Positions 52,263 through 63,295 of a stretch of DNA of 64,000 bases are shown one piece after another. This DNA comes from Octopus sinensis (Eukaryota). The stretch is taken from the NCBI RefSeq assembly GCF_006345805.1, contig NC_043004.1:69254001-69318000 (forward strand), in the 5' to 3' direction. The translations under genes were made by a program, and so were the position numbers. Position 1 is the stretch's first letter. Each line of letters begins with the position of its first letter. The notes beneath the pieces were generated by a model, which saw nothing but the letters and a program-made list of their open reading frames with translations, did not search any database and had not been told where the DNA came from.

Positions 52263-53429
52263 TGCCTCGGTGTGTGTGTGTACATAAATATACGCACGTA
52301 CGAATGGTTAAGAAGATGAATCTTGTACAATATTCGACAATCTGGTTAGTAGTGCACAAAAATAAAATTCGTAGCAGTATGAATATAATGTATTTGGGTT
52401 TGTCGTTGATCGTAACCACTTCATGAAAGCTAGTATTGTAATAAACAAAGCTTAGTTTGCTAGAAACAATAACCAAATTCCTTCAAATCACACCTTACCG
52501 TCTTAAATTAGAAGAAATCCATTAGATGACAAGATCGTCAAGGAATGCTTGTAAGTATAGAATATGAGGGCTGACGTGGGGTTTATACATAAAAAAAACT
52601 AACATTATACCTGCAGCAAATGTTTTGTTATATTCGCAGTGTGTCAATGATGCGAAATTTAATCCACTGATGAGACCTCATGTCATTTGTACAGTATATT
52701 GTAGTCGCCGCGGCTAGTCACACAGCTAAACTGATTTATCGACCAGTGGAGAATGAATAAAATTAAAAAGAACCGACATTATTTTGGTCAATTCTCTCAT
52801 GCAATCTGGATCCGAAATGCCCCAATCAGTTCGTTATATTCAAATAGATACCACATGATATAAGGACTCAAGATTCTCAGATTTGAGTTCGCATCCAATC
52901 ATATTTTAACATTCAGGTAATTGCTGGAACATTGTGCAGTTGTTTTTGACACCTCTTATATGCTGATATTGATTTCAGCTTCAATGTGTGCAACCAGTAT
53001 TGCTTTTTAGGCGAGGCCAAACTATCTTTATTCTGAGCATCCTGCTGTAAAATTGAAGACTTAGAAGACATGTAGTGTGAACTCCTGATTAAAGCCGTGT
53101 GTGGATGGGTTAGTGGAAAATGGAAATTTGGTTTCTTTATTGATCGAAGGGTTACGTAGAAGCCCCCTCTCCCACTTCGTTCAGTTGTCAAATTGCTTAG
53201 CTGAAGGTCAGCCTTGATCGAACGATTCAAAGACATTCTTTTGGTGAACATGTCTTTTATATCGTGATCCGCATTATCCCATATGGGTTAATATGCAGCT
53301 TATTAAAATAGTTAAAGTAAATTGCTCTTATAAACTGAAAGTATAATGCGATATACACTGGAGATCCTATAATTTCAAATAAACAATGTGACGTACCAAT
53401 GTATCCATTAGAAAAAATGTACATATATT

Positions 53430-53830
53430 TAATGTAACATTAAATTCGTACATATGTTTTATATAAGATGAAAACAATCACATTTACGGGAAAGCATAAC
53501 AGTCATTGGACCACGAAATGAGATTCGTAAATAGTTTTTTAGAATCTCTAAATTTGTTTTGCCACACATGTTCATGAAGATATGATGTAAATAAATCATA
53601 AGTGTTCCCACATTGTTGCCTGATTTTCTTCTTGACGATCATCAACTTCCTAGAGTCTGTACGGATGCTGTCATCGTTTGGATAAACAAAATTGGGTGAA
53701 TGGTTGACAACTTGTATAGAAGTTGCTGAGACCCATATAGGAAGCCCACCATCGAATATCAAACCTGTTACATCACTGTCGTCACTTCCGGTTTCTATCT
53801 CGGTTTACTTTCACTTTTTAGGGACAATTT
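53430..53830 (-). mobile_element. Merlin (IS1595/IS1016-related) transposase C-terminal remnant
   Basis: ORF 53762-53484: VVNHSPNFVYP....RT......KKKIRQQCG....LFTSYLHEHVWQ, matching the VNHSxNFVDP/HT..W..K..G..SYLxEFxWR pattern of Merlin/ISXO2 transposases. Confidence 0.78.
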
Positions 53831-54969
53831 TCATTTATGCATGCTAACCCCAATGTCCTTCCCCACTTTTCTTTAAACACTATAACGTGATCTGAGGGAG
53901 ACCTGGCTGCTATTTTTACCATATCGCGAGGCCACATATGTCCTCACTTAATTTGTCAAATTTGCTTTGTTGCTTAGGTCATCCTCGAATGAGCAGACCC
54001 TTGAACAAAGGTGACTCAAACCGTTTCTGAGACTGCATCAAGGACTACATTGTGCATTATTTTCGCTCTTTTAAGACTTAATGTATGATTTGAAGGAGAT
54101 TTGGCTGCTATTTCTCGTAAGCCAACCGATCACTTAAGGGTTCTCTCACGTTTTCATTTTGTTTTGACGGGCGTCCTCAATTGGATAGTAAATTACTAAC
54201 TAACATCGTCCGTGACCCGATTTCAATTCTTAATTAACAATCCAATGCCTGACGTCATTGGTATTAATAAAGGCGCGGACACTTCATACAGAAATATTTG
54301 GAGCAATATGTTGCTCAAGTACCAGGTTAGTTACGGAAGCATTCAATCACACAATAAAAACAAAATAACTGTCATTTTCTTGTGTGCCCTTCCTCGGCCT
54401 TTTCATCAAATTTCTGTTTTTTACTTGTTTTATTATTACTTTTTATTTAATGTATCTAGCGTCGCATGTTTGTCCTTGCTCACCCTTAATCGAGTATACT
54501 TACGTTCAAAGGCACCCCAACCGTGACTGTCATGTCTTTTAATGAGATTTAGTGTATTAGCTAATGGTATGTGTCCGTGTGAGGTTTTTGAAGACCATAG
54601 CGTATAATTTTAGGCAGATTTAGCTGTTATTTCTAGCCTGTCGAGTCACTGGATTATTTATTTATATCTGCTCCTTCGTTGACGGTCTTTAAGCATGTGT
54701 TCAGTTCCTTATTCGTTTCCGAAACCTTCTTCACACTTGGCATGTCCAGCGCTGACAAGGTGTCGACCCTTACTTCATTAAAGTGAAGACCTCTGTCGTT
54801 GTTTATTTTCTTTTTAAATACCATATTGCTAAAAACGTGATTCAACATTAGTGGTTTTGTGTGTGTGTGTGTAAAACATTGAGTTGTTTAAAATACACGT
54901 ATCAATAAAAATAGCGTTTTGTATTCAGTGAATTTTGCGGTACATGACAATATTGTAATATTCTTATCC

Positions 54970-55330
54970 GGCATAGTTGTGCGGTTAAGAAGATCGCTTT
55001 GCGACCATGTGGTTTCAGGTTCAGTTCAACTGCAGGGTACTTTGAGCAGGTGTGTGTCTTCTATAATAACCCCGAATTGAACAATGCCTTGTGAAGGGAA
55101 ATTGATAGTGAGAGCTGTAGAATCCCGTTGTGTGTGTGTTTTCCCCCACACCTGTCGCTTGACGACAGGTGTTGGTTTGTTTACGGTCCCTGTAAACAAC
55201 AGAATAAATGCCAGATTTCGCAAAACAAAAATAAATATAATAGAGTACTGGGGTACATCTGTTTTACTAAACCCTCCAAGGCGGTGCCCCAGCATGACCG
55301 CTGACTAATGACTGAAATAAAAAAAATAAA
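54970..55330 (+). mobile_element. SINE family A, degenerate
   Basis: Head, core and tail. Confidence 0.8.
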
Positions 55331-55509
55331 AAATTTGTCGGGTGATACCCGCCGACTGGGTCATTCATACCTGTGTACTCAGCACATCTTCCTCATCTTT
55401 ACAATACCGAAGTGTCCTGTCTTTGAAAACGACACTAATCCGTTTTACACTATTTGTGGTATACAAGTATGGCGGAAGTTGCCCCCGAATATCTTTATAT
55501 TTTTTACCA

Positions 55510-55870
55510 GGCGCAGGAGTGGCTGTGTGGTAAGTAGCTTGCTTACCAACCACATGATTCCGGGTTCAGTCTCGCTGCGTGGAACCTTCGGCATGTGCCT
55601 TCTACTATAGCCTCGGGCCGACCAAAGCCTTGTGAGTGGATTTGGTAGACGGAAACTGGAAAAAGCCCATCGTATATGTATGTGTGTCTGTGTTTGTCTT
55701 CCTAACATCGCTTGACAACCGATGCTGGTGTGTTTACGTCCCCGTAACTTAGCGGTTCGGCAAAAGTAACCGATATAATAGGCTTACAAAGAATAATCCC
55801 TGAGGTTGATTTGCTCGACTAAAGGTGGTGCTCCAGCATGGCCACTGTCAAATTACTGAAAAGTAAAATG
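55510..55870 (+). mobile_element. SINE family A, full length
   Basis: Head, core and tail. Confidence 0.95.
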
Positions 55871-55895
55871 AGCAACAGAGTACAAAGAGAATATT

Positions 55896-56093
55896 ACTTG
55901 TTTCAGTCATTAGACTGTGGCCATGCTGGGTCACTGTTTTGAGGAATTTTTAGTTGAACAAATCGACCCTCAGTATTTCTTTTCTCCCCCTTTTTTTAAA
56001 GTTTGTCACTTATTCTATCGAACTGCTAAGTTACGGGGTCGTAAACACACCAACACCGGTTGTCAAGCGGCAGTGGGGGGCGGCGGCTAACAT

Positions 56094-56137
<44 letters not shown>

Positions 56138-56508
56138 GACGGGATTCTTTCGGTTTCAGTCTACCAGATCCACTCGTAAAGTTTCGGTCAGCCCGAAGCT
56201 ATATTAAAAGACATTTGGCCAAAGTGCCATGCAGTGGGACTGAACCTGGTACCATGTGGTTGGGAAACAAACTTCTTACCACACAACCATGTCTGCGCCT
56301 ATTAGATACGCCCTACTTCCTTTTTTTTTACTTTTGCCTATGGTCCATAGGTGTTGGTGTGTTTACGACCCCGTAACTTAGTTCGATAGAATAAGTGACA
56401 AACTTTAAAAAAAGGGGGAGAAAAGAAATACTGAGGGTCGATTTGTTCAACTAAAAATTTCTCAAAACCGTGCCCCAGCATGGCCACAGTCTAATGACTG
56501 AAACAAGT
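55896..56508. repeat. SINE A (-) at 55896-56300 plus a near-identical inverted copy of its tail at 56350-56508
   Basis: Arms 55896-56057 and 56350-56508 differ by 3 substitutions and one 3-bp indel. Confidence 0.9.
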
Positions 56509-56879
56509 TATAACATTCTTAGGACTTCTCCGTTCTCTTGCACTGCTAACAAACGCCGAAATAAGTATAGAATTTAGCACATCGTGATAATAAAAAAAAA
56601 AACTGCCTGAAAACTGTCAACTCATTCAATGACCTACAAAATACTTCGATTAAATTTGAACATTTTTTTGTTAAGAAGAGGTTCGAGCCCACAATGAACA
56701 CGGGCCGCGGTGCCCCTGTTCCCCACTATTATTGGGATTTCAAACCCCAAAACGGCCTGTTTATTCCTGTCCTTTTAGGATAGGGGTCCACAACCACCGG
56801 GCTGCACAGAAAGAATAAATCTTAAAATATCATTTATATTTTACTGAATATCGTAGTCAGTAGGGGTGTTTTATTTTGA

Positions 56880-57110
56880 AGTATTCTAATGGTTAAGGTG
56901 TTGCACTTACAATAGGGAGGTCTTGGTTTCGATTCTTAGACCTGCTGTGCATCTGAATCGTGTTGAGCAAAACGATTCATTCCACGTTGCTGCAGTCCAC
57001 TAAGCTGTAAACGGGTCGCCTTGTGACAGATTGGGGTACAAAGGTGAGATGGTGACTCAGGAAAATCAGCCGAACGGAAGGCTTGCGAGCCTCGTTTTGT
57101 ATTTAGCGAA
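56880..57110 (+). mobile_element. CORE-like SINE (family C-related), degenerate
   Basis: B-box GGTTTCGATTC; TTGAGCAAAAC..TTCCACGTTGCTGCAGTCCACTAAGCTGTAAACGGG. Confidence 0.7.
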
Positions 57111-57289
57111 CGACAGGCCGTACTGTGAGTCCTGGTTGGTTGCGATTGGTTGTTCAACCACGTTGAAGGTCAACAATAACAACAGCAATTTTGAAAATTT
57201 ACCATTTAGTGATCTCCCGGTACATGGAAAAATTGTCTTGCGTGAAACCAGTCGGAGGTGCAGAAAAGGACCAGGTATCGCTGCTTTTT

Positions 57290-57456
57290 CCTGTATTCTT
57301 TTACTCGCTTCAGTCATTAGACTTAAAGCCTGCTACTTATTCTATCGCTCTCTTATTGTCGAATCGCTGAGTCACGGGGCTGTAAACAAACCAATACCGG
57401 TTGTAAAGCGGTGGCGCAGGACAAACACAGAAACATACTTACACATACACACCCAC

Positions 57457-57506
<50 letters not shown>

Positions 57507-57620
57507 GTGGCTATGTGGTAAGGAGCTTGCCTCCCAACCACATGGTTCCGGGTTCAGTCCCACTGCATGGTGTCTTGTGAATGGATTTGGTTGACGGAAA
57601 CTGAAAGACGCCCGTCGTGT
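57290..57620. mobile_element. SINE A tail (-) and SINE A head (+) joined across (TA)n
   Basis: Tail in reverse at 57290-57450; head forward at 57503-57620. Confidence 0.8.
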
Positions 57621-57869
57621 GTGTGTGTGTGTAGCGTTGAATAGATAGAACACAACAAAGGGGAAAATTTTGTGAGAACATAGCAAACGGTAAATTAGAC
57701 AAAAACATAATAATATATAATACGTAAAGGAGATGGTTGTATAGATTATCTATTGTTCTTTTACGAAAACCTATGTAATGTGTTTATGCTAAAGAAGTCA
57801 TTCTATCTGATATTGGCAAGAACACAGGAGGTGCATCGCCGAAGAAGAACAGCAGCAGCAACAACAATA

Positions 57870-58230
57870 ATAAGAGCATTCAGAAAGCGCAAACCTCCGC
57901 CAAAGCAGCACCAATGTCCTCTCAACGATTAGCCAGCGATCAGTTTTAAAATGAGAATATCTGAAATAAACGAGAATGCTAAAAATGAACCCAACTGCTC
58001 TCAAAAATTAGATTAAAAAAAAAAAAAACAGGAAAAATAATCCAGAATCTTTTGTCCGGTACCGGATCGATCCCAAAATCTAATCAGTTCGTGCCAGTCA
58101 CGAGGTCGAACATCCCTGAAAGCTTCATCCGAATCCATCCAGCGGTTCTTGAGATATCTTGTTCATGGACAAACAAACAAACAAACACGACTGAGAACAA
58201 CACCCCCGCCTTAGCAAAGGCGGGGGTAAT
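57870..58230 (+). mobile_element. Non-autonomous Helentron (DINE-1/pearl-like)
   Basis: 5' sub-TIR ACCTCCGCC; core TTCATCCGAATCCATCCAGCGGTTCTTGAGATATCTTG; (ACAA)n; 3' perfect 11-bp hairpin ACCCCCGCCTT-AGCA-AAGGCGGGGGT (58202-58227). Confidence 0.8.
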
Positions 58231-58424
58231 AATGTTCTCTTAATTGGCCACAAGGGCCAAACACAAAACAAATAGGAACAACACAAAGGATATGGAGTTT
58301 GGCATAATGTCATGTATAAAATAACAATAAAAATTCCCCAGAAGGGGTGAGGAGTTCCTCTCAAAGACAACCGAGGAACCCCACACATCCTGTTTACCCC
58401 GACCGCCAGGGGCACCGCCTATAG

Positions 58425-58645
58425 GCAGCAATTTGGTAGAATCGTTATTGCGCCGGGCAAAGTGCTTATCGAGATTTCGTCCGACTTACGCTCGGAGCTT
58501 AAATACCGCCGAAGTCAACTTTGACCTTTCATCCTTTCGGAGTCGATAAAATAAAACACCAATCGAACACTGATCGATGTAATCGATTTACTCACTTCTT
58601 CGGAAATTTCTGGCCTTGTGCCAGAATTTGAAACCGATATTTAAA
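58425..58645 (+). mobile_element. SINE family B
   Basis: Head and body match family B. Confidence 0.88.
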
Positions 58646-58837
58646 GATACTTTAATATATCTCTGTAAAATACAAATTACCTTTTATCGTTTACTTATTT
58701 CAGCCTTTGGACTGTGGCCATGCTGGGGCACCGCCTTAAAGGGTTTTAGTTAAACAAATCGATCCCAGTAATTATTATTTTTTAAAACCTGGTACTTGTT
58801 CTGTCGGTATCTATTGCTGAACCACTAAATTACGGAG

Positions 58838-59240
58838 TTTTCGGTTTGAACGGCAGTTTTTAACATAATTTCTAGGTAACTAAAAAATTTTAGACTTCGT
58901 ATACTGGTAGAATGTGTTTATAAAACATCTTTTTCTTTTGGCTTTATTGAGAAAATTCTATAGTTTGTAAGATATTTGTTGTTTTTTTTTCTTCAATTTC
59001 TGCAATTTCAACCAATCATTGACGTATTTGAGGTAAAAAAAACATTCTGTGCCGTATGAATATGTCCCTCGTTTAAGAAACAGATTGGGTTTATTTACAT
59101 TTGTGAAGAAGAAAAGATACCCTTCCCCCCACCCCTAACCCTAAAATAGATTGAAATGCAATAGATCGATACTAGGATCATAATTATGGGTGACAATTTC
59201 ATATGACACCACTAGAAAAAACTGCCGTTCAAACCGAAAA
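58838..59240. mobile_element. MITE with perfect 24-bp TIRs, truncating a SINE A tail (58690-58835, -)
   Basis: TTTTCGGTTTGAACGGCAGTTTTT (58838-58861) / AAAAACTGCCGTTCAAACCGAAAA (59217-59240); internal CCCTAACCCTAA. Confidence 0.85.
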
Positions 59241-59439
59241 GATCCCAAATCTCTCAAATCAAATCAATTTTGACGTTAAACGATGTTCAAATATAATTCC
59301 TAAAACTGGCGGGAAAGTTCTGTTTGGACTGTTTTGAGCATAATCTGCAGGATCACCGTTGGTTTTGGGTTTAATAACGAGTTATCTGGTATGTTATTTA
59401 GACCTGGAAGATTGAAAACTAAAATATTTAAAATGTATG

Positions 59440-60215
59440 CAAGAAGCTTGCTTCCCAACCTCATGGTTCTGGTTTCAGTCCCACTGCATGGCACCCCGGG
59501 CAAATGTCTTCGGCAAGTCTTCTTTTCGTACCCCCCAAAAAACATTTTTTATTTAATGTTTTTTTTTTCTACACAAACCCCCGTTTTCGGCTATGGAGAA
59601 TACGAATCTGCAAAAAAAATTTTTTAAATTGGCATTTTGAAATTTTGAAATTATGCGGGAAAATACGGAGATTATGATCCTGAAAAAATTTTCAAAACTT
59701 TTTCTGGTTAGGGTTTTAGGGTTAGGGTTACGGAAAAAGTGAAAGATTAAGAAATTGGTTAGGAAGGAGTAGGGGGAGGCGAAAAAATTACAAAATTCCG
59801 ATTTTTGGCAATTTTCCGGAATCTTCGTATCCGAAAAGGTGGGTTTTGCGGGGGGAAAAAAATAATAAAAAACAATAATTTGCGAGAAAATGGAGCGGGG
59901 TACAGTCTTCTGCTATAGCTTCGAGCAGACCAAGTGGATTTCGCAAACGGAAATTGAAAGAAACCCGTCGTATATATATATATATATATATACAATCACA
60001 CATACACGTGTGTTTGTGTGGGTGTTTGTCCCCGGTTACTGCTTGACAACCGGTGTTGGTGTGTTTACGTTCCCGTAACTTAGCGGTTCGTCAAAACATA
60101 CTGATAAAATAAGTACCAGGCTTCACAAAAATAAGAACGGGGGTCGATTAAAACAAATTGTTTAAGGCGGTGCCCCAATGTGGTCGTAGACTAATGACTG
60201 AAATAAAAGAAAAAC
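59440..60215 (+). mobile_element. SINE family A split by a MITE
   Basis: Head to GTCTT at about 59520; resumes AGTCTTCTGCTATAGC at 59904. Confidence 0.85.
59528..59903. mobile_element. MITE-like insertion with diverged TIRs and telomere-like repeats
   Basis: Termini GTACCCC/GGGGTAC; inverted AAACCC..TTTTCGG.TA.G blocks; GGTTAGGGTTTTAGGGTTAGGGTTA at 59706-59730. Confidence 0.7.
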
Positions 60216-60380
60216 GAAAAAAATCTGTTTATATCCTCAAATGCCATATTTCGTCTCTTCTTTCGTCCACCTGATGATTTCTCTTTTCTTTCTTTGAGGA
60301 AATTGTGTGTTTATCTGCTTCTTCTTGCGTTCTTATAACAGTAATCATTATCGCGAACTTTAGTCTTAAAGAAAATATTT

Positions 60381-60695
60381 ACAAGAACACTCAGAGAGCG
60401 CAAACATCCGCCAAGGCAACACCAACAAATTTTAATCTCAACGATTAGCCGGCGATGATTTTTAAAATGAGAATATCTGAAATAAACCTGACTGCTCTCA
60501 CAAACGAGAATACTAAATATGAACCCAGCTGCTCTCAAAAATTAGATTAAAAAAAAAAAACAGGAAAAATAATCCAGAATCCTTGTCCCGTATCGGATCG
60601 GTCCCCAAATCTAATCAGTTCGTGCCAGTCAGGAGGCCAAACATCCCTGAAAGTTTCATCCGAATCCATCCAGTGGTTCTTGAGATATCTTGTCC
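60381..60695 (+). mobile_element. Second copy of the Helentron-like family, 3'-truncated
   Basis: Co-linear with 57870-58170; lacks the terminal hairpin. Confidence 0.8.
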
Positions 60696-61029
60696 TTGGA
60701 AAATGTGAGACTGCTGGTCAGGGCTGCTTGGCCGGGGCTCCCCTGGAGCTAAACAACAACATTTACAAGTCGGCGACGGAGTCTCTGTCTGTCTGTTTGG
60801 AATGGAAGCGCTTCTATGCTCTAGGGATGAAATTATGAGTGCACTTGTCAGCACTTCTAGCTGCACATCTGTGCTGAGAAAAAGTAATGAATCTTTAATT
60901 AGACAGTTTGTATTACATTACTTTTTTAATACCAAGGCTTAAAAGCGTTTTATTTTGTAGGGTATCCTGTACTTTACGGACTGAAAATTTTTCAAAAATT
61001 GTTCAAAATGGGTTCTTATTTAAAGTATT

Positions 61030-61190
61030 ATAAGGCCATTAGTTTTGAAGGGAAGGGTTAGTCGATACCATGGACCCCAGTACGGATACGTTAATCTATC
61101 GACTTTGGAGCGATGAAAGGCAAAGTTGACTTCGGTGCGATTTTATCTTAGAATGTTAAGCCAGAACAATATTTACAGCATGCTAAGAGT
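61030..61190 (-). mobile_element. SINE family B, degenerate
   Basis: GATGAAAGGCAAAGTTGACTTCGG. Confidence 0.7.
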
Positions 61191-61227
61191 ACATGCTGTA
61201 ATCTTCGATAAAATTTAGTAAATTTAG

Positions 61228-61379
61228 TGTACATTTATTTACATTTGACGGATATTTGTCCTCATCTTATTTGTTGTTAACACAACGTTTCAGCTGATAC
61301 ACTCTCCAGCCTTCATCAGGTGTCTTGAGGAAATTTCGAACCTGGGTTCTCTTTCCTAAAGTATTTTTCGATATTATTG

Positions 61380-61410
<31 letters not shown>

Positions 61411-61575
61411 TCAGGTCACTGCCTTGAATCGAACTCGGTATCTTGGGGTTAGTAGCCCGCGCTCTTAACCACTACGCCATATGCCTGAAATGTTAACAAC
61501 AAACAAGATGAGGAGAAATATCCGTCAAATGTAAATAACGTACATAATTCCTCATCTCTTAAATATAGAACTGTG
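61228..61575 (-). mobile_element. tRNA-headed, hammerhead-containing short element (family H2) with an inverted terminal duplication
   Basis: On the minus strand: tRNA-like head 61485-61413 (A box TGGCGTAGTGG, B box GTTCGATTC), (AAT)n, hammerhead 61324-61279, tail to 61228. An inverted copy of the tail lies at 61491-61544 and continues to about 61575. Confidence 0.8.
61279..61324 (-). ncRNA. Minimal type I hammerhead ribozyme motif
   Basis: GACAC-CTGATGA-A-GGCTGG agagtgta TCAGCT-GAAAC-GTT-GTGTT: stem I 5 bp, stem II 6 bp (closing G.U instead of G-C), palindromic ACGU stem III; predicted cut between 61284 and 61283. Confidence 0.8.
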
Positions 61576-61912
61576 AAATTGAGTGTAGTTTACATGTAGC
61601 CTCGACTGTCATTGATTCACTCTGCAGGGATTCGGGATAACGCGTTCCGCTCAATTGTGAACCGTATCCGTGATCAACTGCTTACTTGCAAAAACGCCTT
61701 CCTTTCGACCTCTGATTATCGCGTGTGTTTACATAGCTGTGCTACGCGGCTGCGTATTTTTCTTTTTTTTAGTTTTTATACAGATATACGTACTTGTACC
61801 CAATGAACGTGGGACCAGTGAACTGAATAAATTTTTTTTTAATACGAAGACGTTTGGTCCTAACAAACGACACAGACGAGTATGTGTGGAAAGGTTTCAT
61901 TTATCAGTTTGT

Positions 61913-62092
61913 TTTTATAACCGAATCCCCGTGATAAACGAGGAAAGATTTTATAACCGAATCCCCGTGATAAACGAGGAAAGATTTTATAACCGAATCC
62001 CCGTGATAAACGAGGAAAGATTTTATAACCGAATCCCCGTGATAAACGAGGAAAGATTTTATAACCGAATCCCCATGATAAACGAGGAAAGA
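61913..62092 (+). repeat. 36-bp minisatellite, 5 copies (TTTTATAACCGAATCCCCGTGATAAACGAGGAAAGA)
   Basis: Head-to-tail units with one G>A change in copy 5 and no spacers. Confidence 0.97.
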
Positions 62093-62439
62093 GGTACTTT
62101 CTATCGGTTAGAGATTAAAGTAGCGTTTATCATGCGGCAGGTGGGTGGGGTGCCATGAAGATTGAAAAGTGAGCGAATGACTTGCCGTGTTAAATGAAAT
62201 TAAGATGGTACCTGCCCGGTACCATGGTGGTTTATTTTAATTTTTTTTCCATTAATAAATAAGGTGGGGAAAAAATTTCTACAATATTTGAGTCGGGGAA
62301 TTATATTTGTCGATTTGAGAAACACTGCGTTGTAAATCGGGTTAGTCAAGGTCGGAGAGCTGTAGTTTTATTAGAAGTCCGTCGCCCCCCCCCCCTCAAT
62401 CGTCTCTATGTGTGTTTGATTGATTAATTTCCCAAAAGC

Positions 62440-62620
62440 TTGACATCCGGTATTGGTTAATTTACATCATTGCAACTTAGCGGCTCGGCAAATGTGACAA
62501 GACCAGTAGAATAAGTACCAAACTTTAAAAAACGTACCGGAAATAGATTTGTTCGGCTAAAACCCTTTAAGGTAGCACCCCGGCATGGCCGCAGTCCAAT
62601 GATTGAAACAAAAGGAAAAG
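62440..62620 (-). mobile_element. SINE family A tail
   Basis: Reverse-complement match. Confidence 0.8.
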
Positions 62621-62940
62621 ATAATGTAGATAGCCGAGAAACCAAGAAACAGACGGAATGGTCGTGGCTGGAATGTCTTTTCTTTAATCATGTGTAATGT
62701 AGTCCTAGATACATTGTCTAAAATTAATATGGAATGGTCATGAACTTCAATTTTTTTTTTTTTTTTTTGCTGTGGGATATTCGCAAAAATTTTCTTGTGT
62801 GCCAATTAAGTCTGTATTTTGTAAAGTACGTGCATATCCATGCGAGTCTTTAATTGAAAACAAAATTCGATTTCCTCTTAAAGAAAATGTGTGCACATTT
62901 TTTCGTTTGTGCACTCGTCTATCAACCAATCTATCCATAA

Positions 62941-63295
62941 CTAGCACTATGACCCGTGCTAGTGCATGCATATACAGCTGCGTGCGTGCGCACATACACG
63001 CAAGTACTGTCCAAATCTCCGACCAATCACATACAGCTAGCTGGCATTCAATTGGCGTATCAAGTTTCAGGCATTTTGATTGGGTTTTGGATAGAAAATT
63101 CTCAAAAATGTCACTTCTATTGATTTTTTAATGGCTTTGCTGGGTGACTGGGGAAATGTAAAGATGTGCACGACCACCCTTGAACGGTTTTGAATGACCA
63201 TTGAAAGTGCGAGCCCTCTAACTGAAAAATTGTGGATTTGTATAAAGGACACACACACACACAGACAGACATTTTGCCGTTTATATATAGAGAGA
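62941..63295 (-). mobile_element. Non-autonomous Helitron, 355 bp
   Basis: A|TCTCTCTATATATAAA ... ACTAGCACGGGTCATAGTGCTAG|T: 5' TC, 3' CTAG, terminal hairpin, A/T target, no TSD. Confidence 0.88.

Noticed and set aside
54654-54848. Minus-strand 64-aa ORF as a terminal exon
   Set aside because: No homology recognised, weak splice signals, and it lies antisense within the GRK intron.
61413-61485. Real tRNA gene (anticodon loop CUACUAA)
   Set aside because: The acceptor and T stems do not pair; treated as a SINE-type head. The same applies to the heads of families A-D.
61913-62092. Possible CRISPR array
   Set aside because: Units are head-to-tail with no unique spacers, no cas genes are present, and the context is eukaryotic.
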